A stretch of 40,903 nt of DNA from contig DATMMY010000274.1 of the NCBI GenBank assembly GCA_035569515.1, positions 1 to 40,903 of the forward strand, given 5' to 3'. This document shows positions 27,167-36,190 of this stretch, piece after piece. Source of the stretch: Candidatus Solibacter sp. GTDB lineage: Bacteria > Acidobacteriota > Terriglobia > Terriglobales > Acidobacteriaceae. The notes under the pieces are model-generated. The model saw only the letters and a list, made by a program, of their open reading frames with translations. It had not been told where the DNA came from and did not search any database. Position 1 is the stretch's first letter. Each line of letters opens with the position of its first letter. Both the position numbers and the translations under genes were made by a program.

Positions 27167-28039
27167 TCAGGCGCTGCGGGCATCGATCCGGCGCATGCTG
27201 ATTCGGGCCAGATTCATTGTCCCTGTATGAAAAGCCACAATCATGAGGGCGAGATACTTCTCGTACTGGCTGACTTTATCTGTCCCGGCAATTGCAATCG
27301 CCTCTTTTCTGCAGGCGCGCAAATTGTCGAGCCAATGCCGGAGAGTGCGGGCGTAGTGAGCCCGATCGTTTCGCCACATCTCAATTTCGAACAGTCCGGA
27401 AACGGCCTGCGCAATCTCAAACATGTGCGGCAAATCCGATTCCGGAAAAATAGTCTCGGCGAAAAACGGGCTAAACTGTTTGCGGCTGGCATTCTCATAG
27501 ATGATCGTCTGCAAAGACAGGCGTCCGCCCGGTCGCAAGCATTGATGGCAAAACGAAAAAAAATCGCGATAGCCCTCCAGTTTTTTTTCTGGGGACTGGT
27601 CCAGCCGGGCAAAATGCTCAAATGCGCCAATCGACACGATGCCGTCATAGGGACTCTCCGCCTGATGATCGAGCCAGTTTTCCAGACGCACATCCGCATT
27701 GCGCACACTATGCTCCTGGCACCATCGGACCTGCTCCATGCTTAAGGACAAGCCGACCGCCTCGCGAACTTGATAATGCTCCAGTGCCCGTTTTAAGGTG
27801 CTTCCCCATCCACACCCAACCTCCAGCAATCGCCGGACTTCGCGCCCTCCGACGTTATTCAAATGCCAGTCGATCTTGTTCATCTGGGCCGTGACCAGAT
27901 CTTCGTCTCCATACCACAAACCGCAGGAATATGTGCGTGTTTCATCCAGCCAGAGGGCGTAGAACTCATTGCCGACATCGTAATGGTGCTGTATGGCGGC
28001 AGCCGATGCTCCCGTCCGGTTTTCTGTGGAAGCCTTCAT
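27167..28039 (-). CDS. Cyclopropane-fatty-acyl / mycolic-acid-synthase-family SAM-dependent methyltransferase
   Basis: HHYDVGNEFYALWLDETRTYSCGLW is the characteristic N-terminus of the CFA synthase family. SAM motif LLEVGCGWG. The start overlaps the ACP stop in an ATGA overlap at 28036-28039. Confidence 0.85.
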   Translation of the reverse strand: MKASTENRTGASAAAIQHHYDVGNEFYALWLDETRTYSCGLWYGDEDLVTAQMNKIDWHLNNVGGREVRRLLEVGCGWGSTLKRALEHYQVREAVGLSLSMEQVRWCQEHSVRNADVRLENWLDHQAESPYDGIVSIGAFEHFARLDQSPEKKLEGYRDFFSFCHQCLRPGGRLSLQTIIYENASRKQFSPFFAETIFPESDLPHMFEIAQAVSGLFEIEMWRNDRAHYARTLRHWLDNLRACRKEAIAIAGTDKVSQYEKYLALMIVAFHTGTMNLARISMRRIDARSA

Positions 28040-28350
28040 GGCGCAGTCCCCAGAGCGCGGGAATGCAAGACCGCGGCAAACAACTTTTCGTCCATGGCAA
28101 GGGCACGAGACAGCTTCTCGATCGAAGGGTGGTCAAACGTCGCCCCCGGATCGACCTTATGGCCCAACCAGTCGCCTAAGTTCCCGGTCATTCCAACCAC
28201 TACGGAAGAATCGAGCCCATACCTCTCAAAAGAGGTTGTGAGATCAATCTCCTCTTCGGGACGCTCCAGGATCTGGGCCAGATATGCCTTGCACCAATTC
28301 GCAATTTGAGCTTGCAATAATTCAGGCGTCAATATCGTTTGTTGAGTCAT
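28036..28350 (-). CDS. Stand-alone acyl carrier protein
   Basis: 104 aa with the phosphopantetheinylation motif YGLDSSVVVGM. Translationally coupled to the methyltransferase gene. Confidence 0.8.
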   Translation of the reverse strand: MTQQTILTPELLQAQIANWCKAYLAQILERPEEEIDLTTSFERYGLDSSVVVGMTGNLGDWLGHKVDPGATFDHPSIEKLSRALAMDEKLFAAVLHSRALGTAP

Positions 28351-28491
28351 GTAATTCCCGGTCGAACTTTATTCGGTCAGATTTTTTTTGAAGTCCATCT
28401 TTACATCGATGTCCCGCGCCACCTTGCCCGGAGTGTCTGGAGAGGGCCCTGCGAGCGCCGCCATTTCACGCCAAGCCGTTACCCATCCCTA

Positions 28492-29424
28492 TCACGCCCG
28501 GTTCTTCAAGTACGCCCTGCGTACGTTCCAAACTAAACCGATGCGTTCGAGAAGTTGAATCACAATGCCCCCTCCATCGAGTTCCCACCAGCGCAAACCG
28601 AAAATTGCGGAAGTAGGATGGGCGTGATGATTGTTGTGCCAGCCCTCGCCCAGGGTCGGATAGCCCAGCCAGATGTTGTTGCGGCTTTGCTCAATCGTGG
28701 CGAACGACCGATAACCAAACATGTGGGTGATGGAATTAATGGATGCTGCCGCATGGTGCGTAAAGAAGAGCCGGACTCCGCCGCCCCACAGCAGTCCACG
28801 CCATAGCCCGTGCCAGCTGGGATCGATCACCCCTCCGATGACGGTCGGGATCAAAAGCCCGAGCAGAACCCAGTGGAAATAACGCTGGTTGACCCACGTT
28901 ATCTGGGAATCTTTGAGCAGATCTTTGCAGAAGAAGGCGGAGTTTGTGAGCTGGTGCGTGAAAGTCCAGCCAAAATGGGCGTGCCAGAAACCGCGCCAAC
29001 CTTCGAGCTCGCGATCATCGAGCCTGTGCGGAGAGTGCGGATCGCCGTTACCGTCGCCGAAACGATGATGGCGTCTATGATTACTCACCCAGTAAATGAG
29101 AGGCCCCTGCGCAGCCATGCACCCCAGGACCGCGAGACTGAACCGGACCATACTATGGCATTGAAAGGTCTGATGAGAAAATAGACGGTGGAACCCTACT
29201 GTGATGCCAAGCATCGTCAATAGATAGAGCACCACCATCAATACCGGCTCCCATATCCTGACCTCTCCCTTCCACAGGTAATAACCCGCCAGGAGCACCG
29301 CCAGAGTGGGCACCACGATAATTGACGCAGCATGCGCCTTCTGCGCAAGGCTTACTTTATACCCTTGCAGCACATAATTGCTGCTTGCCGCTTTAGCGGC
29401 CATACTTGGAGACAAAGGTTCCAT
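28492..29424 (-). CDS. Membrane fatty-acid desaturase (Delta9 acyl-CoA/acyl-lipid desaturase family)
   Basis: Three His boxes: HRLFSH, HRRHHRF and HNNHHAH. Hydrophobic N-terminal helices. The start lies 3 nt after the FAAL stop. Confidence 0.9.
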   Translation of the reverse strand: MEPLSPSMAAKAASSNYVLQGYKVSLAQKAHAASIIVVPTLAVLLAGYYLWKGEVRIWEPVLMVVLYLLTMLGITVGFHRLFSHQTFQCHSMVRFSLAVLGCMAAQGPLIYWVSNHRRHHRFGDGNGDPHSPHRLDDRELEGWRGFWHAHFGWTFTHQLTNSAFFCKDLLKDSQITWVNQRYFHWVLLGLLIPTVIGGVIDPSWHGLWRGLLWGGGVRLFFTHHAAASINSITHMFGYRSFATIEQSRNNIWLGYPTLGEGWHNNHHAHPTSAIFGLRWWELDGGGIVIQLLERIGLVWNVRRAYLKNRA

Positions 29425-29427
29425 TGG

Positions 29428-31149
29428 TCAGCCTCCTGCTGCTGCAATGGCCTTGGATTCGCTGGTTTGCAGAACCTCAAATTCCCCGGCCCGTAACATT
29501 TGCGCGCACAGGCTGCGACGCACCTTTCCACTAGACGTACGCGGCAGAGCTCCAGTCTTAATGAGCGCTACTTCATGGACGTGCAAACCATGTTCGGTGG
29601 CAATGGCTTCACGGACTCCGGCAGCTAGCTCGTCCGCATCCGCTGACCGCCAACCTTCACGGGTTACTTCCTGGACAAGGGCGATACAAACCTGCCCGTC
29701 CTTCTCAATCGCTACGACTGCTCCCGCGCCGATTGAAAGGAATGGACTCGTGCGCTGCGCCGTCAATTCCAGGTCCTGCGGATAGTGATTGCGTCCCCGG
29801 ATAATAATCACGTCTTTGATCCGCCCGGCGATGAACACCTGCCCTTCGTGCCAAAAGCCCAGGTCCCCGCTGCGCAGGAACCGCTTTCCCGAAGTACCCG
29901 CGGGCGCCGCCCCGAACGTCTCTTCTGTCAATTCCGGCTTTTTGTAATAACCTGCCGCGACACTTGCGCCGCTGATCCAGATTTCTCCAACGACATCATC
30001 CGGCAGGATCTTTCGAGTTTCCGGATCAACGATGACAATCTCGATTCCCTCCCCCGGAACGCCGCATCCCACCAGTTCGATCACCGGCTCGTCTCCGGTA
30101 GGTGTCCGCGCTATTTTCTGAGAAAGCGCCTCTGACTCCACTCGAAGGATTTTCGCTCCGCTGCCTGCGACAATTCCGGTGGCGAAGAGCGTGCATTCAG
30201 CCAGTCCATAACAGGGATAAAACGCGCTGGCCTTGAATCCGGCAGGAGCAAAGACCTTTGTGAAACGGCGAATCATATCGGCGCGCACCGGCTCTGCGCC
30301 TGAATAGGCGACGGTCCAGGTGCTCAGATCAAGTTGATCAATTTCTTCCGGCTTGCTTCTGGCGATGCATAAGTCATAGGCAAAACTGGGAGCGCCTGCG
30401 GACGTGCCTCGGTATTTGCTGATCGCCTGGAGCCAGCGAACGGGCTTTTGAATGAACGTCGCTGGTGGAATTATCACGCAATGAAATCCCGTATGCAGGG
30501 GTTGCAGCACGCTACCGATCAACCCCATATCGTGGTAAAACGGCAGCCAGCTCACCATCACGGACCTGTCATGAAAACCCATGGCTTTCATGATCACGGT
30601 TTCGTTATGCATCAACTGGCTATGTTTTACGACAACTCCCTTGGGAATGCCCGTGGATCCCGAAGTATATTGAAGGAAAGCAATATCATCAGGCTTGATT
30701 GCGGCTCGTCTTGGCTCTTCTACGCTGTAGTCTATTTCATCCAGGTAGAGCCAGGGAACATCACGCAGATTTTCTGGAAGCGCAGCCTTCAAATAACCGA
30801 ATGCACGGGAGGGCACGATGGCTGCGGCCACTCCGGCATCGGCGCTGATTGCGCGGATCGTATCGAATGACCGATTCGGTTTTGGGACTATCGCCGCAAC
30901 TGGAATGGCTCCTGCGTAACAACTGCCGATAAACGCATCAATAAACTTCAGCAGCTCCGGGACCAGAAGCAGAACGGGCCTGCCGGAAACGCCGAACAAA
31001 GCAAGTCGATGCGCAACAGCGCGCGCATGGCGGTCAAGTTCTCCAAAAGAACGTTTTTCGCCTTCAACTTCGCCATCCGGCAGATACGTAAACGCCGTCT
31101 CATGAAAGCGGGACTCCGCATGCTTCTCAAGGGTGTCTACAATGGTCAC
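29428..31149 (-). CDS. Fatty acyl-AMP ligase (FAAL)
   Basis: FAAL-type N-terminus TAFTYLPDGEVEGEKRSFGELDRHARAVAHRL, LQYTSGSTGIPKGV, and C-terminal LPRTSSGKVRR. GTG start at 31149. First gene of the minus-strand block. Confidence 0.85.
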   Translation of the reverse strand: MTIVDTLEKHAESRFHETAFTYLPDGEVEGEKRSFGELDRHARAVAHRLALFGVSGRPVLLLVPELLKFIDAFIGSCYAGAIPVAAIVPKPNRSFDTIRAISADAGVAAAIVPSRAFGYLKAALPENLRDVPWLYLDEIDYSVEEPRRAAIKPDDIAFLQYTSGSTGIPKGVVVKHSQLMHNETVIMKAMGFHDRSVMVSWLPFYHDMGLIGSVLQPLHTGFHCVIIPPATFIQKPVRWLQAISKYRGTSAGAPSFAYDLCIARSKPEEIDQLDLSTWTVAYSGAEPVRADMIRRFTKVFAPAGFKASAFYPCYGLAECTLFATGIVAGSGAKILRVESEALSQKIARTPTGDEPVIELVGCGVPGEGIEIVIVDPETRKILPDDVVGEIWISGASVAAGYYKKPELTEETFGAAPAGTSGKRFLRSGDLGFWHEGQVFIAGRIKDVIIIRGRNHYPQDLELTAQRTSPFLSIGAGAVVAIEKDGQVCIALVQEVTREGWRSADADELAAGVREAIATEHGLHVHEVALIKTGALPRTSSGKVRRSLCAQMLRAGEFEVLQTSESKAIAAAGG

Positions 31150-31347
31150 TGGTATGTCACTTTTTGTTTTGGGCGCCGTTTGGATATAAACGGTTAGGTT
31201 CCCGCGCTTAGCGGAGAGAGAATCATCAAAATGCTTGTGGGGATAGCTCGGAAGTCACCCGGAGAGATTACGCTAACGCTTAGCGGGCGGGCTGCCGCCA
31301 TTTAGGTCTCATTTTGAGAGCCACCTATTAGAGCGGCTTTAGCCCTG

Positions 31348-31686
31348 TTACGAAATGCGGCAGGAAACTTGTGCCCTGACACAAATCGTGTCTACATAAC
31401 TATGTAAATGCTCTGGCTCTTCGGACACATAATAGACCAACATTACCTGAGGCACAAGATGTTTTTTGTGTTTCACAATGGCTTCGCAAAACTCCCGAGT
31501 GTCGCATCGAAGCTCGATGGGGACTCGCACATCACGAAGCTCTCGCCGGCGCCGAAAAGCGAGTGATTGCTTGCCTCGCTACACAACTTCCGCCGTCTCG
31601 CCTTTGGCTGGGAATATCACGAAAGCAACTTCCTCGGCATAGTGATCCTTAATCCAATACAAGATGAGCCTGGATAAAGATGGCAT
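31348..31686 (-). pseudogene. Interrupted ORF of unknown function (one in-frame TAG); possibly a relic of a small mobile or addiction-module gene
   Basis: A single frame runs from ATG 31686 to stop 31348 and is broken only by TAG at 31579-31581. It translates as MPSLSRLILYWIKDHYAEEVAFVIFPAKGETAEVV*RGKQSLAF...VMLVYYVSEEPEHLHSYVDT. EPEHLH loosely resembles the HUH motif of Y1 transposases, and the YYV stretch also resembles RelE/HigB-type toxins. I cannot decide between these by eye. Confidence 0.25.
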
Positions 31687-31862
31687 GCTGAGGATTGATC
31701 ATTAGCGTGCATGAAGCCGAGAAGTTAAAGTTGGATCAGATCCAGTCTATCGACGGCATCTGGCGGAGCGTGAAAATGAGTGCCAAGCGAGGAGTATCCC
31801 GCTTTCTACAATCTCAACAGTCAAAGGGGTCTGCCGAGCGCACAAGTGCTAGAATTTCGGAC

Positions 31863-33311
31863 ATGAGCGGCATGACATGCAGCCCGCCGTCCAGTGATGC
31901 GCAGGTCGAGTTTCTCCTCAATGGCAAGCTCGTGCAGGTTGAGACTTCCATGCAGACCACTCTGCTGGACTTCCTGCGTGCACGCGGCCTCACCGGATCC
32001 AAAGAGGGCTGCGCTGAGGGTGAATGCGGCGCATGCGCCGTAGTGATGGTCAAGCAGAATGGCTCCCACAACATGCCAGGGCAGGCGGGTAGCGCGTATT
32101 GTCCGGTGAATAGCTGCCTGATCTTGCTGCCCATGGCCGCAAGCCAGGAGATTTATACGGTTGAAGCACTCTCTCCCGGCAACAGTCTGGCAGCCGTGCA
32201 GCAGGCGATGGTCGAGCATGGCGGCTCGCAGTGCGGCTACTGCACACCCGGCTTTGTGGTCAGTTTATTCGCCGAACATTACCGTCCGGGCCGAATCGGC
32301 CCTTGCGATCCGCATGCTACTGCCGGTAATCTGTGCCGTTGTACCGGCTACAGGCCCATTCGCGATGCTGCATTGTCACTCGGCCCCGCGCCTGCTGATG
32401 CCTTTCGCGAACGCCTCTCGCGGCCCGCGCCTGAGCTCGCGCCTGTCTTATTTGAATCGCGGGAAGCTAGTTTCCACCGGCCGGGAACGCTGGCCGAATG
32501 CCTGGCTCTGCTCGCAGGTCATCCCGAGGCGCGTTTAGTGGCTGGCGCTACCGATCTCGCCGTTGAGTCCAATTTGCGCGGACGTCGCTTCACGTTCCTG
32601 GTGAGCGTGGAAGCGTTGCGCGAGTTGCGCGACTTCCGCGAAACCGATGCGGAAGTCGAATTGGGCGCGGGGCTCACGCTGAGCGAAATTGCAGCGCGAT
32701 GGCAGTCAGCGCCGGCTGCCTTCGCGGAATGGCTTGCGCTGTTTGGCTCGCCGCTGATTCGCAATCGCGCGACGCTGGGCGGCAATCTTGCCACCGCCTC
32801 GCCTATTGGCGATGCGGCGCCGCTTCTTCTTGCCTTCGATGCGCAAGTCCGTATCGCAGGAGCTGCCGGCCAGCGCACGGTCCCTCTGGCAACATTCTTT
32901 TCGGGCTACCGTCGAACCGCGCTCGCTCCGGGAGAACTCATCGTCTCCATCCTGCTGCCTAAGCCATTTCCCCGGCATGTCCGCTTTTTCAAAGTGGCCA
33001 AGCGCCGCATGGATGACATCAGCACCGTGGCCGCCGGCTTCTCCGTTGATCTTGATTCGGCGGGCCGGGTCCAGCGCGCCCGCCTCGCCTATGGTGGCGT
33101 GGCGCCGGTTCCGTTGCGTGCCTTCAGGGCCGAAGAAGAGTTGCGCGGACGCCCTTGGGACGAATCTTCAATCCGCCAGGCGCAGGAAATTCTGGGCCAC
33201 ACGCTTCAGCCCATCAGCGATCATCGCGGCTCAGCTGCCTACCGGCTGGCGCTGGCGCAATCGCTGCTGGAGAAATTCTGGTGGGAACAACGCGAGCAGG
33301 TCATGGCATGA
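31863..33311 (+). CDS. xdhA: Xanthine dehydrogenase small subunit ([2Fe-2S] plus FAD-binding)
   Basis: CAEGECGACAV and CGYCTPGF iron-sulfur motifs, followed by a FAD-binding region (LVAGATDL). The ORF-track start at 31695 adds an implausible leader; ATG at 31863 or 31872 sits just before VEFLLNGK. Confidence 0.9.
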   Translation: MSGMTCSPPSSDAQVEFLLNGKLVQVETSMQTTLLDFLRARGLTGSKEGCAEGECGACAVVMVKQNGSHNMPGQAGSAYCPVNSCLILLPMAASQEIYTVEALSPGNSLAAVQQAMVEHGGSQCGYCTPGFVVSLFAEHYRPGRIGPCDPHATAGNLCRCTGYRPIRDAALSLGPAPADAFRERLSRPAPELAPVLFESREASFHRPGTLAECLALLAGHPEARLVAGATDLAVESNLRGRRFTFLVSVEALRELRDFRETDAEVELGAGLTLSEIAARWQSAPAAFAEWLALFGSPLIRNRATLGGNLATASPIGDAAPLLLAFDAQVRIAGAAGQRTVPLATFFSGYRRTALAPGELIVSILLPKPFPRHVRFFKVAKRRMDDISTVAAGFSVDLDSAGRVQRARLAYGGVAPVPLRAFRAEEELRGRPWDESSIRQAQEILGHTLQPISDHRGSAAYRLALAQSLLEKFWWEQREQVMA

Positions 33312-35629
33312 AGATCGTAGGCCAGGCCGTTCCTCATGAAAGCGCGCGCGGCCACGTTACCGGCGAGGCGCTCTACACCGATGATCTGCTGGCTCGCTTT
33401 CCACGCTTGCTGCACGCGTGGCCGGTGCTCGCGCCCCACGCCCATGCTCAACTGACAAAACTGGATGTCAATCCGGCATTGGCCGAGCCGGGAGTATGCT
33501 CTACCTTGATCGCCTCCGACGTTCCCGGCGAAGGCGACTCCGGCGCTGCCCGCCACGACGAGCCGCTCTTTTCCACTGAAATTGTTTTTCATCAGCAGCC
33601 GGTCGCGTGGGTGCTGGGCGAGACTCTTGAAGCAGCCCGCTTGGGCGCTGCTCGCGTCCAGGCCGAGTATCAGCCGCTGCCTGCCATTCTGACCATTAAC
33701 GACGCTATTGCCGCCGGCAGTTTCCACTCCGATCCCATGCGGATTGTGCGCGGCGAAGTGTACAGCGCGCTGGCCAACAGCGCCCACCGATTTCAAGGCG
33801 AACTGGCCATCGGTGGCCAGGAACATTTTTATCTTGAGACCCAATGCTCCATCGCCTGGCTCGATGAATCTGGCGGCATAATGGTGGAATCCTCCACTCA
33901 GCATCCCAGCGAAACTCAGGAGATTGTGGCGCGTGCGCTTGGCCTCGCGCGTCATAAGGTCACAGTTGAGTGCTTGCGCATGGGCGGTGCATTCGGGGGA
34001 AAAGAAGTTCAGGCAAATCCTTATGCGGCCATCGCTGCTCTGGGCGCCTGGAAGACCGGGCGTCCCGTGCGCGTGCGTTTACCCCGGTTCCTCGATATGG
34101 TCTTGACTGGCAAGCGCCATCCTTTCCTCGCGCGCTTTGGCGTCGGATTCGATCACGATGGTCGAATCCTGGCCTTGAAACTCGCGCTCTACTCCGATGG
34201 TGGCTGGAGTCTCGATCTCTCCGGGCCTGTCCTGGCGCGCGCCTTGTTCCACTGCGATAACGCCTACTTCATTCCCGCCATGGAAGCGACGGGATTAGTT
34301 TGCCGCACCAACAAGACCTCGCAGACCGCCTTCCGAGGCTTCGGCGGACCGCAAGGCATGTTGGTCATTGAGGACGTGCTGGATCGCATTGCCCGCACGC
34401 TTTCCCTTCCGCAAGAACTGGTGCGCGAACGCAACTTCTACCGCGAAGACCACAGCACGCATTACGGACAGCTTGTCAAAGATGCGGCCCGTATTCCCAG
34501 GATCTGGAACCAACTGAAAGAGACCAGTGATTTCGCGGCACGCCGCCAGGAGATCGAGCGCTGGAACGCGGCGCATCCGCACCGCAAGCGCGGCATCGCT
34601 ATCACGCCGGTCAAGTTCGGAATCTCCTTCACCGCTACCATGTTCAATCAGGCAGGCGCGTTGGTCCTTATATATAAGGACGGCAGTGTCCAGGTGAACC
34701 ACGGCGGCACCGAAATGGGCCAGGGGCTGGACACCAAGATTCGTCAGATTACGGCTGAAAGCCTTGGCCTCCCCGAAAGCGCTATTCGTATCATGCCAAC
34801 GCGCACTGACAAGGTTCCTAACACCTCGGCCACCGCCGCGTCTGCCGGGACCGACTTGAATGGCGCAGCGGTGATGGATGCCTGTACGCAACTCAAGGTG
34901 CGGCTCGCTCCAGTGGCCGCAAGCTTGCTCGGCGCTAATCCCGCAGATGTCCGGTTTGCCCATGGCCGCGTCTCAGCCGATGGCAAAGACCTGCCTTTTG
35001 CCGATTTGATTGAAGCTGCTTATCTCCAGCGCATTGCCTTGTTTGCCCAAGGTTACTACCGAACGCCCGAGATCCACTACGATCCTAAAACCATGCAGGG
35101 GCGGCCCTTCTATTACTTCGCCTATGGCGCAGCCGTGAGTGAGGTAGAGGTTGACGGCTTCACTGGCGAGTATCGCGTGCGGCGCAGCGACATCCTGCAT
35201 GATGTAGGTGAGTCGATCTCCCCGCTAGTTGATCGCGGCCAGGTCGAAGGTGGATTTATCCAGGGTTTGGGTTGGCTCACGCTGGAAGAGCTGCTCTGGG
35301 ACACGCAAGGACGGCTTCTGACCAATAGCGCGTCCACCTACAAATTGCCGGCATGTTCAGAGCTGCCGGATGAATTTCACGTCGATTTTCTGACTCGTGC
35401 CGCCGAGCCGGGAGTGGTCTTCGGAAGCAAGGCCGTGGGCGAGCCGCCGCTGATGCTCGCCATCTCCGTTCGCGAGGCCATGCGCGACGCCATTGCCGCT
35501 TTCGGGAGCGGAGGCATAGTCTCGCTCGACAGTCCCGCCACGCCCGAGCGCGTCTTCTGGGCTGTGCGCCGTGCCCGGACCCGCCAGCCCAGTCCCGAAC
35601 TCTCCGCCGCGGGCGTAAGCAACCCTTGA
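33308..35629 (+). CDS. xdhB: Xanthine dehydrogenase molybdopterin-binding subunit
   Basis: MKIVGQAVPHESARGHVTGEALYTDD, GGAFGGKE and GTEMGQGL. ATG at 33308 overlaps the xdhA stop (ATGA). The ORF-track start at 33155 lies inside xdhA. Confidence 0.9.
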   Translation: MKIVGQAVPHESARGHVTGEALYTDDLLARFPRLLHAWPVLAPHAHAQLTKLDVNPALAEPGVCSTLIASDVPGEGDSGAARHDEPLFSTEIVFHQQPVAWVLGETLEAARLGAARVQAEYQPLPAILTINDAIAAGSFHSDPMRIVRGEVYSALANSAHRFQGELAIGGQEHFYLETQCSIAWLDESGGIMVESSTQHPSETQEIVARALGLARHKVTVECLRMGGAFGGKEVQANPYAAIAALGAWKTGRPVRVRLPRFLDMVLTGKRHPFLARFGVGFDHDGRILALKLALYSDGGWSLDLSGPVLARALFHCDNAYFIPAMEATGLVCRTNKTSQTAFRGFGGPQGMLVIEDVLDRIARTLSLPQELVRERNFYREDHSTHYGQLVKDAARIPRIWNQLKETSDFAARRQEIERWNAAHPHRKRGIAITPVKFGISFTATMFNQAGALVLIYKDGSVQVNHGGTEMGQGLDTKIRQITAESLGLPESAIRIMPTRTDKVPNTSATAASAGTDLNGAAVMDACTQLKVRLAPVAASLLGANPADVRFAHGRVSADGKDLPFADLIEAAYLQRIALFAQGYYRTPEIHYDPKTMQGRPFYYFAYGAAVSEVEVDGFTGEYRVRRSDILHDVGESISPLVDRGQVEGGFIQGLGWLTLEELLWDTQGRLLTNSASTYKLPACSELPDEFHVDFLTRAAEPGVVFGSKAVGEPPLMLAISVREAMRDAIAAFGSGGIVSLDSPATPERVFWAVRRARTRQPSPELSAAGVSNP

Positions 35630-35668
35630 TCCCCTTGACGATGACCGTCGAATAATGACCATTCACGA

Positions 35669-36163
35669 ATGAACATCGACGAACTCAATTCACTCCCGCG
35701 CGACGGCTTCGTCGCCACACTCGGCTGGGTCTTCGAGCATTCCCCCTGGGTGGCCGAACGCGCATGGGAGCGGCGGCCGTTCCCCGATCTTGAGCATCTG
35801 CACGCTGCCATGACCGCGGAAGTCGAGCGTGCTACCTGCGACGAACAGTTAATCCTGCTGCGGGCCCATCCTGACCTGGGCACGCGAGCGCGCATCAGCA
35901 CCGCATCCGCCAGTGAGCAGTCCGGCGCAGGCCTGGATCGCCTTACTCCGGAGGAATACCGTCAACTCCTCAGTCGCAACACCGCCTACCGGGAAAAATT
36001 TGGCTTCCCATTTCTTTACGCCGTGAAAGGCAGCACCAGGCACGATATTCTTCAAGCGCTCCACCAGCGGCTGGGGGCCACGCCGCCGGAAGAGTTTCGC
36101 CAGGCGCTGAATCAGGTGTACCGCATCGCATTGTTCCGTCTGCAGGATATAATCGCGCACTAA
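35669..36163 (+). CDS. uraD: 2-oxo-4-hydroxy-4-carboxy-5-ureidoimidazoline (OHCU) decarboxylase
   Basis: LGWVFEHSPWVAERAW, LLRAHPDLG and FGFPFLYAVKG. 164 aa. Lies in a urate-degradation context. Confidence 0.85.
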   Translation: MNIDELNSLPRDGFVATLGWVFEHSPWVAERAWERRPFPDLEHLHAAMTAEVERATCDEQLILLRAHPDLGTRARISTASASEQSGAGLDRLTPEEYRQLLSRNTAYREKFGFPFLYAVKGSTRHDILQALHQRLGATPPEEFRQALNQVYRIALFRLQDIIAH

Positions 36164-36190
36164 ACGGCCGCAATTATAATCGGGCTTTGA

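Noticed and set aside
33239-35901. Minus-strand ORFs of 100-240 aa inside xdhB (for example 33239-33955, 34295-34963 and 35377-35901). The same applies to 38445-39218 inside allC.
   Set aside because: They are antisense to genes with clear molybdopterin-subunit or M20 amidase motifs, have no recognisable motifs of their own, and have a biased composition. They are shadow ORFs.
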